Source: an uncultured Actinomycetes bacterium
GTDB lineage: Bacteria > Actinomycetota > Thermoleophilia > RBG-16-64-13
Assembly: GCA_963706025.1 (NCBI GenBank)
Contig: CAVPLM010000012.1
Coordinates: forward strand, 1-30,472
Length of the DNA: 30,472 nt
Direction of reading: 5' to 3'
A program made the translations under genes and the position numbers. The notes under the pieces are model-generated. The model was not told the DNA's origin, made no database searches, and saw nothing but the letters and a program-made list of their open reading frames with translations. This document shows positions 1 through 9,034 of this stretch, piece by piece (within the stretch, counting starts at the first letter, position 1; each line of letters opens with the position of its first letter).

Positions 1-205
1 CCTTGCGAAAAAGGAACACCCGCCGGTGGATTGCTCGCCGCCGGCGGGGGCCTGGTCATAACATCGGCGGCTACCGGTCTATTCTTTACTTTGCGCGGAG
101 CCCCCCTCGGCGACCGAGCTTGGGACCCGGCGACGGAGACCCCGTCCGTCCGCCGTGCGCGCTACTCTGGAGACCTCCGCGCCAAGAAGCACCAAAGAAG
201 CAGGG

Positions 206-709
206 ATGACCGAAGACACGGAAAGCACCCCCGGCGGCCGCAGAACCCTGGACCACGTCCTGCACACGACGCTCGAGCTGCCGCTGCCCGTCGAGGCGGT
301 CTTCCCCTTCTTTGCCGAAGCCGCGAACCTCGAGCGCATCACCCCGCCCGAGCTGCGCTTCAGGATCCTGACGCCGATGCCGATCGAGATGCAGCTCGGC
401 ACCCTGCTCGAGTACCGGCTGAGTCTCTTCGGGGTGCCCTTCCGCTGGCGGACCGAGATCGCGGCTTGGGACCCGCCGAACCGCTTCGTCGACGTGCAGT
501 TGCGCGGGCCGTACGCGGTCTGGATACACACGCACACCTTCACGGCGACAGAGGCGGGGACGCTCATCGACGACCACGTCCGCTATCGTCTGCCGTTGCC
601 GCCACTGGGCGAGGTCGCGTTCCCGCTGGTCAGGCGCCAGCTCGCGCGGATCTTCTCGTACCGCCAGCAGGCGGTGCGAAGCGCGCTACTCGGTCCGGGG
701 CGGCGCTGA
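206..709 (+). CDS. SRPBCC (START-like ligand-binding) family protein
   Basis: Motifs [52 protein letters not shown] are typical of this SRPBCC subgroup. ATG at 206 chosen within ORF 155..709. Confidence 0.85.
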   Translation: MTEDTESTPGGRRTLDHVLHTTLELPLPVEAVFPFFAEAANLERITPPELRFRILTPMPIEMQLGTLLEYRLSLFGVPFRWRTEIAAWDPPNRFVDVQLRGPYAVWIHTHTFTATEAGTLIDDHVRYRLPLPPLGEVAFPLVRRQLARIFSYRQQAVRSALLGPGRR

Positions 710-793
710 CATCGCGGCGCCCCCCGGGCTACGGCGCTGACGGAGAGGCGCCCCCCGGGCTACGCCACGCCCCGAGCGCGCTGACGAGAGGCG
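703..793 (+). repeat. 31-bp tandem direct repeat (2 copies plus a partial third)
   Basis: GCGCTGAC-N5-GGCGCCCCCCGGGCTACG at 703-733 and 734-764; partial GCGCTGACGAGAGGCG at 778-793. Copy 1 contains the SRPBCC stop codon. Confidence 0.75.
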
Positions 794-910
794 GGGCGCC
801 GGCCCCGCGGCGCGAGACGTCCGCCCCGGGCGGCAGCATGGGTCTGTTCGCTTGCCCAGGAGGCACGATGGTCCTACAATCTGGGAAAGTGGCCGCCATG
901 AGCGAAGGGC

Positions 911-3341
911 GTGAGTCGCCCGGACAGGGGGTTCGCAGTGAGCGCGTCTTCTAAGCACTCCAGGCGTGTTCCGGCGGTCGCCCTCCTGGCCGGGATTGCC
1001 CTGCTTATGGTCCTGTCGGCCGCCGGTGTCCTGGCGGGGCCTGTGGAGGGTACGGTAACCACCTCGACATCCGCCATTCAGCTCTCCCCCCCTTCACCGA
1101 ACGCTCCCACCCTGCCCGTGACCTTCGCCGCCGCCCAAAAGGCACCCGCCGGCCTCGACTCCGTCCTCGATCAGGTGGAGCGCGTCTACCGGGCAGAAGG
1201 TGAGGACGCCGCTCTGAACTTCGCTGTGACGAGAGGGCTGAGGCTCGAGGGAGAAGGTGTCCGCGTGCTCGTCGAGGCGGAACCGGGCGCGGAGGCCTCA
1301 GCCCGTGCCGCCATCGAGGCCAACGGCGGTAGACTCCTCAGTTCCTATCGCGGCCTCTTTCTGGCTTCGGTTTCGCCAGACAAACTTCGGCGGCTACTCG
1401 AAGGCGCCGGTGTGCGTCGGGTGGTCCCGGACCTGCCCCCCACCTATGACGGCGACGCCTCTCCCCTGGGCCCCTCTCCCCTGGACCCCTCTCCCTCGGA
1501 CGCTTCTCCCTCGAGCGGGCCGCTCCCGGGCCCCGGGGCGCCCATGATCGTCGGCGGCGGAGATCGTCAGCGAAGGAGTGGCGGAGACCAACGCAAGCGC
1601 CTGGCACGAGGCAGGATACCGGGGTCAGGGCATCAAGATCGGCGTCATCGACTTCGGCTTCTCGGGCTATTCGTCACTGCTCGGCACCGAGCTTCCCTCT
1701 GTCGTCACCGCGTGGGGACAGAGTCCGGCGGGCTCAGAAGGCGAGGGCGGAGACCACGGCAGCAAAGTGGCTCAGGTGATACACGACATGGCCCCAGAAG
1801 CAGATCTGTTCCTGGCCCGGGTCGATGCCCTCACCGACTTCGGTCTGGCCAAGGACTGGCTGCTTTCCCAAGGGGTGCAGGTGATCAATTTCTCGGGCGG
1901 CTGGCACTGCTCGGGGCTGCTCGAAGGTGACGGTGACGCCAACACGATCGCGACCGACGCGGTGGACAGAGGCGTCTTCTGGGCCGGATCGGCCGGGAAC
2001 TTTCGCAAAAACCACTGGATGGGTGACTTCACCGATCCCGATCGCGATGGATGGCTGAACTGGGACGGCCAAGAGGAGGTACAGGTCATTTGGGCCGACA
2101 AGGGAAAGACCATCAGCGGCTATCTCACCTGGAAGGATTCCTGGAACGGCGCCAGTCAAGACTACGATCTGTATCTGTACCGTTGGGACGGTCAGAGCTA
2201 CATATACGAAACCGGCTGTGGCAACAGGCAAGACGGGACCGGCGACGCCGCCGGTCCCGTGGAGTGGGTCAGCTTCAAGGCCCCTTCCAGCGCCGCCTAC
2301 GCTTGGTTCATCAGGCGCTATGCAGCCAGTGGGACGAATGTCGACTTCGACTTCTTCTCCTACCACAACGCCTTTGACGATGGATACAGCTATTCCTTCT
2401 TCGACTACGCCCGTAGCCTCGGCAGCGCACCCGGGGACAACCGCTCGCGTGGCTTCATGGCCTCGGCGGCCATCGGTCGGGGACCGGCGTTCGCCCAGGA
2501 GGACTACTCATCGGAGGGTCCCACCCGTGATGGCCGCCTGGCGCCGGAGATAGCGAGTCCTTCGGACGTCCAGGTCTTCTTCGGGACCTTCAACGGCACA
2601 TCTGCCGCGGCCCCTCACCTGGCGGGAGCCGCAGCCCTGGTCCTTCAGGCCTTCCCCGACTACTCGCCGGCGCAGGTGGAGGATTACCTGAGGGCGAACG
2701 CCGTCGATCTGGGGCCGTCAGGGCCGGACAACCAGTTCGGCTACGGCCGGCTGCACCTTCCGGATCCCCCGACCGACCAGGTGGACTTTCCCGATGTCAC
2801 CGAGGCCCACCCCTATCACACGCAGATCAACGCTTTGGCCGCCCTGGGCATCGTCAGCGGCTATGGTGATGGGACCTTCGGCCCCGACAACCTGGTGATG
2901 CGCCAGCAGTTCGCCAAAATGATCGTGAAGGCACTGGGACTTCCGGTCACCGGGACTGAGATCTGCCCGTTCCGCGATGTCGGCGGCGGGATGGACCCCC
3001 GGGACCCGTTCTACCCGGATAAGTACGTAGCCGTCTGCGCGGCCCGGGAGATCACTCAGGGCAAGACCCCGACGAGCTTCGCTCCCTATGACAACATAAC
3101 CGGGCAGCAGCTCGTCACCATGGTGGCCCGCGCGTCGGATCTCTCCGACCCACCTTTGGACTACTTCCCGCCCTTCCTACCCTCCCAGTTCTACCCGCTC
3201 GAGCACTACCTCTTCGCGAGGAAGGCCGCCTACGCTGGGATTCTCGACGGGCTGGAAGGTATGGGGGCCAGCTACGGATTCCTGAGTCCGGCGACACGCG
3301 GCGAGGTCTGCGTGCTGCTCTACAACCTCCTGCGCCGGTAG
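911..3341 (+). CDS. Secreted S8 (subtilisin-like) serine peptidase with C-terminal SLH domains; frameshift near 1545-1560
   Basis: ORF 911 gives a signal peptide and prodomain. The frame of ORF 1578..3341 continues EIVSEGVAET with Asp (IGVIDFGF), His (DHGSKVA), oxyanion Asn (SAGN) and Ser (GTSAAAPH), then SLH repeats (GYGDGTFGPDNLVMRQQFAKMI). Start uncertain. Confidence 0.85.
1458..1517 (+). repeat. 15-bp coding tandem repeat x4 (Ser/Pro linker)
   Basis: CCTCTCCCCTGGGCC / CCTCTCCCCTGGACC / CCTCTCCCTCGGACG / CTTCTCCCTCGAGCG, encoding SPLGP-SPLDP-SPSDA-SPSSG. Confidence 0.8.
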
Positions 3342-3406
3342 GTAGAAATCCTCTCCAGCGATTGCCCAGCCTCTGGGTGGATGATCAGAGAGAACTTGGA
3401 CTTCTG

Positions 3407-3421
3407 CCTCCATTGTGGAGG
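3407..3421. terminator. Short hairpin between convergent genes
   Basis: CCTCCA-TTG-TGGAGG between the S8 stop (3341) and the Ord-like stop (3430). No clear U-tract. Confidence 0.3.
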
Positions 3422-3429
3422 AGGGTCGT

Positions 3430-4497
3430 TCAATGGTAGACGATCTTCCTCACAGGCTTGACGCCCGGGGACCCGCTCCATAGATGCGGCATGGCCAGCT
3501 CGTTCAAGGTATGGAAGCCTGGTGGGGAACGGAGCACCTTCGGCATGGCGTTGACCGCGGCTCCAGCCGTGCCCAAACCGCCCCGCTGAGCGATCTCTTC
3601 CTTGATCCTCACATCCACGGATGGAGTCCCATTGATGCGGGTGTAGTCTCCCATCTGGCTCCGTTCGTCGGTGTCGGGGCCGACAAAAGCCGTCATCTCA
3701 AAGTCCAGCAGCTGTCGATCCCCGGCGAAGCCGACCACCTGCTGCTTGAAGCCGTAGACCCGACCGGGAGAGATGCTCGCGAACTCCGTCTCCCTGCTGT
3801 GGTCTGTCACCAGTGGCTTCTTGGTCTGAAGAAGAAGCTCCACCGGCAGCCCAAGGCAGTGAGCGACCATGGCCGCCGTCTCTATCAGGCCTATGTGACC
3901 GATGTCACCGCTCCGGACGCCTCCAGCGAACTCATCCGGTGTGAGCCCCACCCCGATGTGCCTCATCTCATCTGGACCATAGGGCGAGAAATCGACCACC
4001 CGCCGGACAAACACATCTTCGACCTCCCAGCAGGGGAGAGAACACACGATCGGAACAACGTCCATGGCAAATCCCGGATTGATCCCCACCGAGACGACCG
4101 CGACTCCGGCCTGTTTCGCCGCGGCGTCGATCTCGCCGGCCAACCGCCGGTTCTTCGTCCCGACTGGAAAGAAGAGTTCCTGGGCGATGGCCACCACGCC
4201 GACGCCCCTGGCCAGGAAACCCATGATCTGGGGGAAAGCCTCCTTGGCAAAAGCCGTCGTCGCCAGCAGGACGACGTCGGCTCGGACCCGACCCAGTGCA
4301 CGGTCGCTTGGATGCCTGACCGTAACGCCCATGGCCCTGTCGAGTCCGGCCACCTCTCCCAGGTCTCGGCCGATCTTCTTCTCGTCGTGATCGATGGCGG
4401 CCACCACCCGGACCCGAGGTTTGGCCTGCAGCAGCCGGACCATGTTGCTGCCCATGGCACCAACACCGCACTGTATTACCCTCACCGAATCGGTCAT
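3430..4497 (-). CDS. 2,4-diaminopentanoate dehydrogenase (Ord) / native amine dehydrogenase family protein
   Basis: C-terminal part of ORF 3430..5886, with its own ATG at 4497 and an AGAGGA RBS. Rossmann GVGAMG, GINPGFAMD, DFSPYG and GHIG motifs match the Ord/DapB-like family. Confidence 0.8.
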   Translation of the reverse strand: MTDSVRVIQCGVGAMGSNMVRLLQAKPRVRVVAAIDHDEKKIGRDLGEVAGLDRAMGVTVRHPSDRALGRVRADVVLLATTAFAKEAFPQIMGFLARGVGVVAIAQELFFPVGTKNRRLAGEIDAAAKQAGVAVVSVGINPGFAMDVVPIVCSLPCWEVEDVFVRRVVDFSPYGPDEMRHIGVGLTPDEFAGGVRSGDIGHIGLIETAAMVAHCLGLPVELLLQTKKPLVTDHSRETEFASISPGRVYGFKQQVVGFAGDRQLLDFEMTAFVGPDTDERSQMGDYTRINGTPSVDVRIKEEIAQRGGLGTAGAAVNAMPKVLRSPPGFHTLNELAMPHLWSGSPGVKPVRKIVYH

Positions 4498-4595
4498 GTC
4501 GCATCCTCTCCTGGACCTCGAAAGCTCGTGCCGAACACCAGAAAGCGAGTGGCCGCCCGGCTGTTCGCCACCGGGCCGGCCACCAACGCACACCG

Positions 4596-5886
4596 CTAGG
4601 ACAGACCGGACGTTGATCCAAGGCGGTCCAGGCGGATCTGGGCCGCGAAACGATGGGCGTCCATACCCTCGTACCGACCCTGTGTCTCCGCCAGCCGGGC
4701 CAGCATGAGCGACGCCTGGGTGTCGACCATCTGATGCGTGATCACCTTCAGGAACATGCCCACCCAGAGTCCGCCCGTGTATTTGGCTGCTCGCCCCGGT
4801 AGGCAGTATGTGGTTCGTTCCGGCGACCTTGTCCGCGTACACCTCGGCGGTCTGTTCACCCAGGAAAAGTGAACCGTAGTTGTGCAGCAGCGGCAGCAGC
4901 GCTCGAGGCTGTTCCGTGTGGATCTCCAAGTGCTCGGGCGCCCATTCATCGGCGAAGCGGGCGGCGTCCTCCAGCGTCTCCACCAGTGCGACCTCGCCCC
5001 GCTTTTCCCATGAGGCTCGGGCGACCTCCTCCGTGGTGCGCTCCCGCAGTTGCCTCTCGATCTCCTCGAGGGTGGAGGAGGCCAGAGCCTCGGAGGTGGT
5101 GACGAGGGCGCAGCGTGCATTGGGGTCGTGCTCGGCTTGGGCGAGAAGATCGGCGGCCACGTACTCGGGCTTTGCCGTATGGTCCGCGATCACCATGCAC
5201 TCGCTCGGCCCGGCCAAGAAGTCGATCCCTACCTTCCCAAATACCTGGCGCTTGGCCTCGGTCACGTACTGGTTACCTGGGCCGACCACCAGGTTGACGG
5301 GAGCCAGGCTTTCTGTCCCGTAGGCGAGCGCGCCGATGGCCTGGGCTCCACCCAGACACAGGATCTCGGAGACGCCCATGCGAAAGAGCGTGTACAGGAT
5401 CCCCGGGTTGATGCCCTTCTCCTGGCCGGGCGGGCAGCAGGCCACGATTCTCTTGACCCCGGCTACCTTGGCCGGGACCACGGACATCACCGCGGACGTG
5501 AGGCAGGGATATCGGCCGGCCGGCACGTAACAGCCGCAGGACTCGACGGGGATTACACGTTGCCCCATCACGATTCCCGGCAGCATCTCCTTCTCGAACT
5601 CGGTGATGCTGGCCTTCTGGGCTTCGGCGAAAGCCGTCACTCGCTCGATGGCGAAGTCAAGCTCCTCGATGACGGGCTCCGGAAGGAGTCGTTGCGCCGA
5701 CGCGGCCTCCTCCGGGCTGACGAGAAAAGTGCTGGGTTCGTAATCGTCGAACTTCTTCTCGAAGTACCGCAGGGCCGAGTCTCCCTCGTCCTTGACCTGC
5801 TGGAGGATCGAAGACACCGTCTCCTGCAGTCGACGGACGTCCTCCTCGGTGACCGGTTCGCTCTTCTTGATAAGCCTGTGGTACAT
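4596..5886 (-). CDS. Histidinol dehydrogenase family protein, HpsN (sulfopropanediol 3-dehydrogenase)-like clade; +1 frameshift at 4794-4797
   Basis: GCYVPAGRYP, GPGNQYV, AGPSE, QAEHD, APEHL, YADKVAGTNHILPTG. Removing one base of the C4 run continues as RAAKYTGGLWVGMFLK...EGMDAH to the stop at 4596. Confidence 0.8.
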
Positions 5887-6001
5887 GGCGACCTCCTATC
5901 GTCCCCCTGATTATAGGGAGCGGCGACGACGCCCTCAACAGGGCGGGTAAGGCCCTACCGGCCGCCCAGGGATCGGGGGACGGCCTCGGTCCGAGAGAGT
6001 G

Positions 6002-6018
6002 TGCTATCATATAGAGCA
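6002..6018 (+). promoter_or_regulatory. Putative operator/promoter of the vapBC-1 module
   Basis: TGCTATCA-TATAG-AGCA (TGCT...AGCA inverted ends) upstream of the RHH antitoxin. TGCTATCA is the known FitAB half-site. Confidence 0.4.
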
Positions 6019-6066
6019 TGCATACGCAGTCAACAACTGATATCGGCGACTAAGACCTCCAGGGTA

Positions 6067-6327
6067 ATGACCCTCCGCGGCATCGATCCGGCGCTTCGGT
6101 CGGCCCTCGACGCCGAGGCTGCGAGGCTGGGTTTGAGCCTGAACGCGCTGATCCTGCAGATACTGCGAGGTTCGCTCGCTCTGGGCTCTGACGCGCGCCT
6201 GGCCCATGACCTGGATGCTCTGGCCGGCTCGTGGTCGCCGCAGGAAGCGGAGGAATTCGCCGCGGCTACCCAGGGCTTCGAAGAGGTCGACCCGTCGCTA
6301 TGGCAGGACCCCCCCGACGAGCCATGA
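6067..6327 (+). CDS. FitA-like ribbon-helix-helix antitoxin
   Basis: MTLRGIDPALRSALDAEAARLGLSLNALIL (RHH) and an acidic tail DLDALAGSWS...EVDPSLW. ATGA overlap with the PIN gene. Confidence 0.8.
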   Translation: MTLRGIDPALRSALDAEAARLGLSLNALILQILRGSLALGSDARLAHDLDALAGSWSPQEAEEFAAATQGFEEVDPSLWQDPPDEP

Positions 6328-6734
6328 GAGACGTGCTGCTGGATACCAACGTGCTGGCCGATTTCTTCGCCGGCGATCCGGAGACCGTGGAAGCCTTTCA
6401 GCGCAGTCGCACGTTGGCGATCAACACAGTGGTGCTCGGCGAGTTGCTGGGCGGGTTCGCTCTCGGGACCCGCGCCGGTGCGAACCGACGGCTCCTCTCC
6501 CGCTTCCTTTCCAGTCCGCGGGTCAAGGTGCTGGCCATGGGGGCGGAGACGGCCGAGCACTATGCCGACGTCTACGCGCAACTGCGCCGCAAGGGCAGGC
6601 CGATCCCCTCGAACGATATGTGGGTCGCGGCCAGTGCCCGGGAACACGGCCTGGTCCTGTTCACCCGCGACGTCCATTTCCGGGAGATCGAGGGACTGCT
6701 CACCGCGTCGTCGCTCGACCAGTTGCTGCCTTGA
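6324..6734 (+). CDS. vapC: VapC family PIN-domain toxin
   Basis: LLDTNV, GEL, PIPSNDMWVAA and TRDVHF acidic PIN motifs. Confidence 0.9.
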   Translation: MRDVLLDTNVLADFFAGDPETVEAFQRSRTLAINTVVLGELLGGFALGTRAGANRRLLSRFLSSPRVKVLAMGAETAEHYADVYAQLRRKGRPIPSNDMWVAASAREHGLVLFTRDVHFREIEGLLTASSLDQLLP

Positions 6735-6735
6735 A

Positions 6736-7161
6736 TCACTCGATCACCCTGACGGCTGGACCCTCTTTGCCGACCTTCTTCTGGAGCCGTGCGTCGGCGG
6801 TCCACAACTCGGTATTCAGCCGTTCTGCCAGGGCAAGATAGAAAGCGTCGTAGGTTGCGGGAAGCTTGAGGGATGCCGCCAAGCGGAGCGCGGTCTTCGA
6901 CAGCGCCTCAACGGGCTCGAGCCGCAGGGGCAGTTCCAGCGCCGCCTCGAGCACCAGTTCGGTCGTCACCAGACTGAGGTATCCCGCCTTGTGATAGCGG
7001 TAGAAGACGTTTGCCAACTCGTACATGAGAAGGGTGGGAGCGCAGACGGTCCTGCCTTCGTCACTCCAACCGTCGAGAAGCTTCCAAGCTTGGTCATCCT
7101 CGGGCCCGACGAACAACCGGGCGACGAAGCTCGCATCAACGCAGATCGGCGAGTTGCTCAT
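6736..7161 (-). CDS. vapC: VapC family PIN-domain toxin
   Basis: VDASFV, YELANV, YDAFYLALAE and WTADARL PIN motifs. Confidence 0.9.
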   Translation of the reverse strand: MSNSPICVDASFVARLFVGPEDDQAWKLLDGWSDEGRTVCAPTLLMYELANVFYRYHKAGYLSLVTTELVLEAALELPLRLEPVEALSKTALRLAASLKLPATYDAFYLALAERLNTELWTADARLQKKVGKEGPAVRVIE

Positions 7162-7438
7162 CGCGCTCGTCTCTCGCCTCTTGGAGCATCTCCTCGGGAG
7201 ACGGGATCTGCTTGCCCAGTAACTCCTCTCGCACGCGGCAGCGCACGGTCGACACCGTCTCGCGCCACCCTCGGCCCGCGCCCCTTGCCATCATTCGTTC
7301 GTACTCCGGCAATGCGATGACGACCACCTGGGGAACCCCGCCTCGCTCGACCACCACGGTCTCCCCCTGCTCTGCCACTCGCCGCAAGAGGTCGCCGAAG
7401 TGTACGCGGGCTTCGGTGGCGTTCAGTACGCGCTCCAT
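7136..7438 (-). CDS. Phd/YefM family antitoxin
   Basis: MERVLNATEARVHFGDLLRRVAEQGETVVVERGGVPQVVVI...EYERM; overlaps the start of the PIN gene. Confidence 0.85.
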   Translation of the reverse strand: MERVLNATEARVHFGDLLRRVAEQGETVVVERGGVPQVVVIALPEYERMMARGAGRGWRETVSTVRCRVREELLGKQIPSPEEMLQEARDERDEQLADLR

Positions 7439-7453
7439 CTCTCGCCCACTTTC

Positions 7454-7504
7454 ATCGATGGATCCATCGATTGATAGTCTACCTGACAGCGCGCGGCACT
7501 TCAA
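7454..7504 (-). promoter_or_regulatory. Sigma70-type promoter and perfect 18-bp palindromic operator of the phd-vapC module
   Basis: -35 TTGAAG (7504-7499), 17-nt spacer, -10 TAGACT (7481-7476). Palindrome ATCGATGGATCCATCGAT at 7454-7471 lies over the expected start site. Confidence 0.7.
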
Positions 7505-7570
7505 CGGCTCGGGCTCAGGCGCTACCGTAGCCCGGGGCTCCTTCCAGCCGCCGATGTCGCCTCTCATTCA

Positions 7571-8441
7571 TCAAGCGACCACGCTCAGGATGGTGACCGC
7601 CGCTATGGTGCAGATCACCCCGGCCACCTGGTGAGGGCGTGGTCGTTCCTTCAGAAGGACCAAACCCAGAATGACCGCCACGGTGGCATACTGGGAGACG
7701 GTCACGCCCGCCACCGCCAGCGGTCCGCGCTTGACGGCGAGGGTCATGGCGACCAAGCCCAACACCTCCAGGACGCCGGCACCCACACAGATGGCAACGC
7801 CTTTGCGGCCCAGCACGTTGCGCGGCCCCCGAGTCTGTCCCGCCCTTTGTGCCCGAGCGAGGGCCCAACCAGCCACCGGCAGGAAGAGGATCAAGCTCGT
7901 GATCCGTGACCAGGCCGCCTGCGAGAGCCACGAAAGCTCGCCGGCTTGGTCGAAGAAGATGATCGCAGTTGCCCAGAGCACGCCGGTGAGCAATGCCCAG
8001 CCGGCGCCGGCGGCCGACCGAGCCCGGCCCCGCACCGCGGCCAGCGTGCCGCCGAGGACCGCCAGGGCGATCCCCAGGCCCATCAGAGACGTGAAGCTCT
8101 CCCCCTCAAGGAGCGCAAACACCGCGATGAAGAAGCCTTCCAGCGAGGCCAGCGGGGCCACGAGCGAAAGATCACCGACCTGAAGGGCCCGCAGGATGCT
8201 GAACCATGTCGCCAGGTAGAACGCGCCCGCCGCGGCGCAGTAGGCCACAGCCCGCCACTGGGCACCGGTAGCAGGGAGCCCGTCGGCAAGGAGCGCTGCC
8301 GGGACCAGGATCACCACCCCGGTCGGAATGACCCAGCACAGGACGCGGACCAGACCTGCGAGGCGAGCACATGCGCTGCGCGAGCAGGTCGTGGAAGGCG
8401 TAGAAGACCGCCGACAAGAGCCCGATAAGGACCGTGAACAA
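7571..8441 (-). CDS. EamA/DMT family transporter; frameshift near 8360-8375
   Basis: N-terminus MFTVLIGLLSAVFYAFHD (ORF 8172..8441) joins the frame of 7571..8317. About 10 TM segments; GDLSLVAPLASLE and LGLVLLKERP motifs. Confidence 0.8.
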
Positions 8442-8495
8442 GAGAGCTATCTGCTTGCGCTCAAGACCCTGGACGCTGCGGCACTAACAAGAGGG

Positions 8496-9008
8496 CTAGG
8501 AGTAGGCGCCCCATTGCACGAGTGTCCGCAGACTGCGGCGTCTCTTGGTGCGGGCCGGCTGAGCGGGGTAGCCGAGGGGGGTCAGGATGAGCGGCTCCAG
8601 CTCCGGGGGAAGGTGCAAGACCTCGCGGACCACCGCCGGGTGGAAGTCGGCGATCCAGCAGGTCCCCAGTCCCAGGTCGGCCGCCTGCAGGATGAGGTGG
8701 TCCATCACGATGGCTACGTCGGTCTCGACGTAGGTCACTCCGTCTTTGCGCACCCAGGCCTCGCCCGCAACGGCGCAGGCTACGATGATCACCGGGGCGG
8801 TGTAGAACCACTTGCGCGAGTATGCTCCAGCCATCGCGGTCCGGGTGGGCTCGTCGGTGACGACCAGGAGGCGGAACGGCTGCCGGTTGTCGGCCGTGGG
8901 GGCAAGACGGGCGGCCTCCAGTACCTGGCGGACAAGGTCCTCCTCGACGGGGCGCTGCTCATAACGCCTCACGCTCGCCCGGGTAGTGACCAACTCACGG
9001 AAGTCCAT
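8496..9008 (-). CDS. Nitroreductase family protein
   Basis: MDFRELVTTRASVRRY, APTADNRQP, LGLGTCWI, LGYP; AGGAGG RBS. Confidence 0.9.
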   Translation of the reverse strand: MDFRELVTTRASVRRYEQRPVEEDLVRQVLEAARLAPTADNRQPFRLLVVTDEPTRTAMAGAYSRKWFYTAPVIIVACAVAGEAWVRKDGVTYVETDVAIVMDHLILQAADLGLGTCWIADFHPAVVREVLHLPPELEPLILTPLGYPAQPARTKRRRSLRTLVQWGAYS

Positions 9009-9034
9009 GTTCGTCCTCCTTCTTGTATCTGCAC

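Noticed and set aside
703-793. Possible mini-CRISPR
   Set aside because: The copies are directly adjacent with no spacers.
3430-5886. Apparent 818-aa HisD-Ord fusion protein
   Set aside because: Produced by one extra base in the C4 run at 4794-4797. The true HisD-family C-terminus is in another frame ending at 4596, and the Ord-like gene has its own RBS and ATG.
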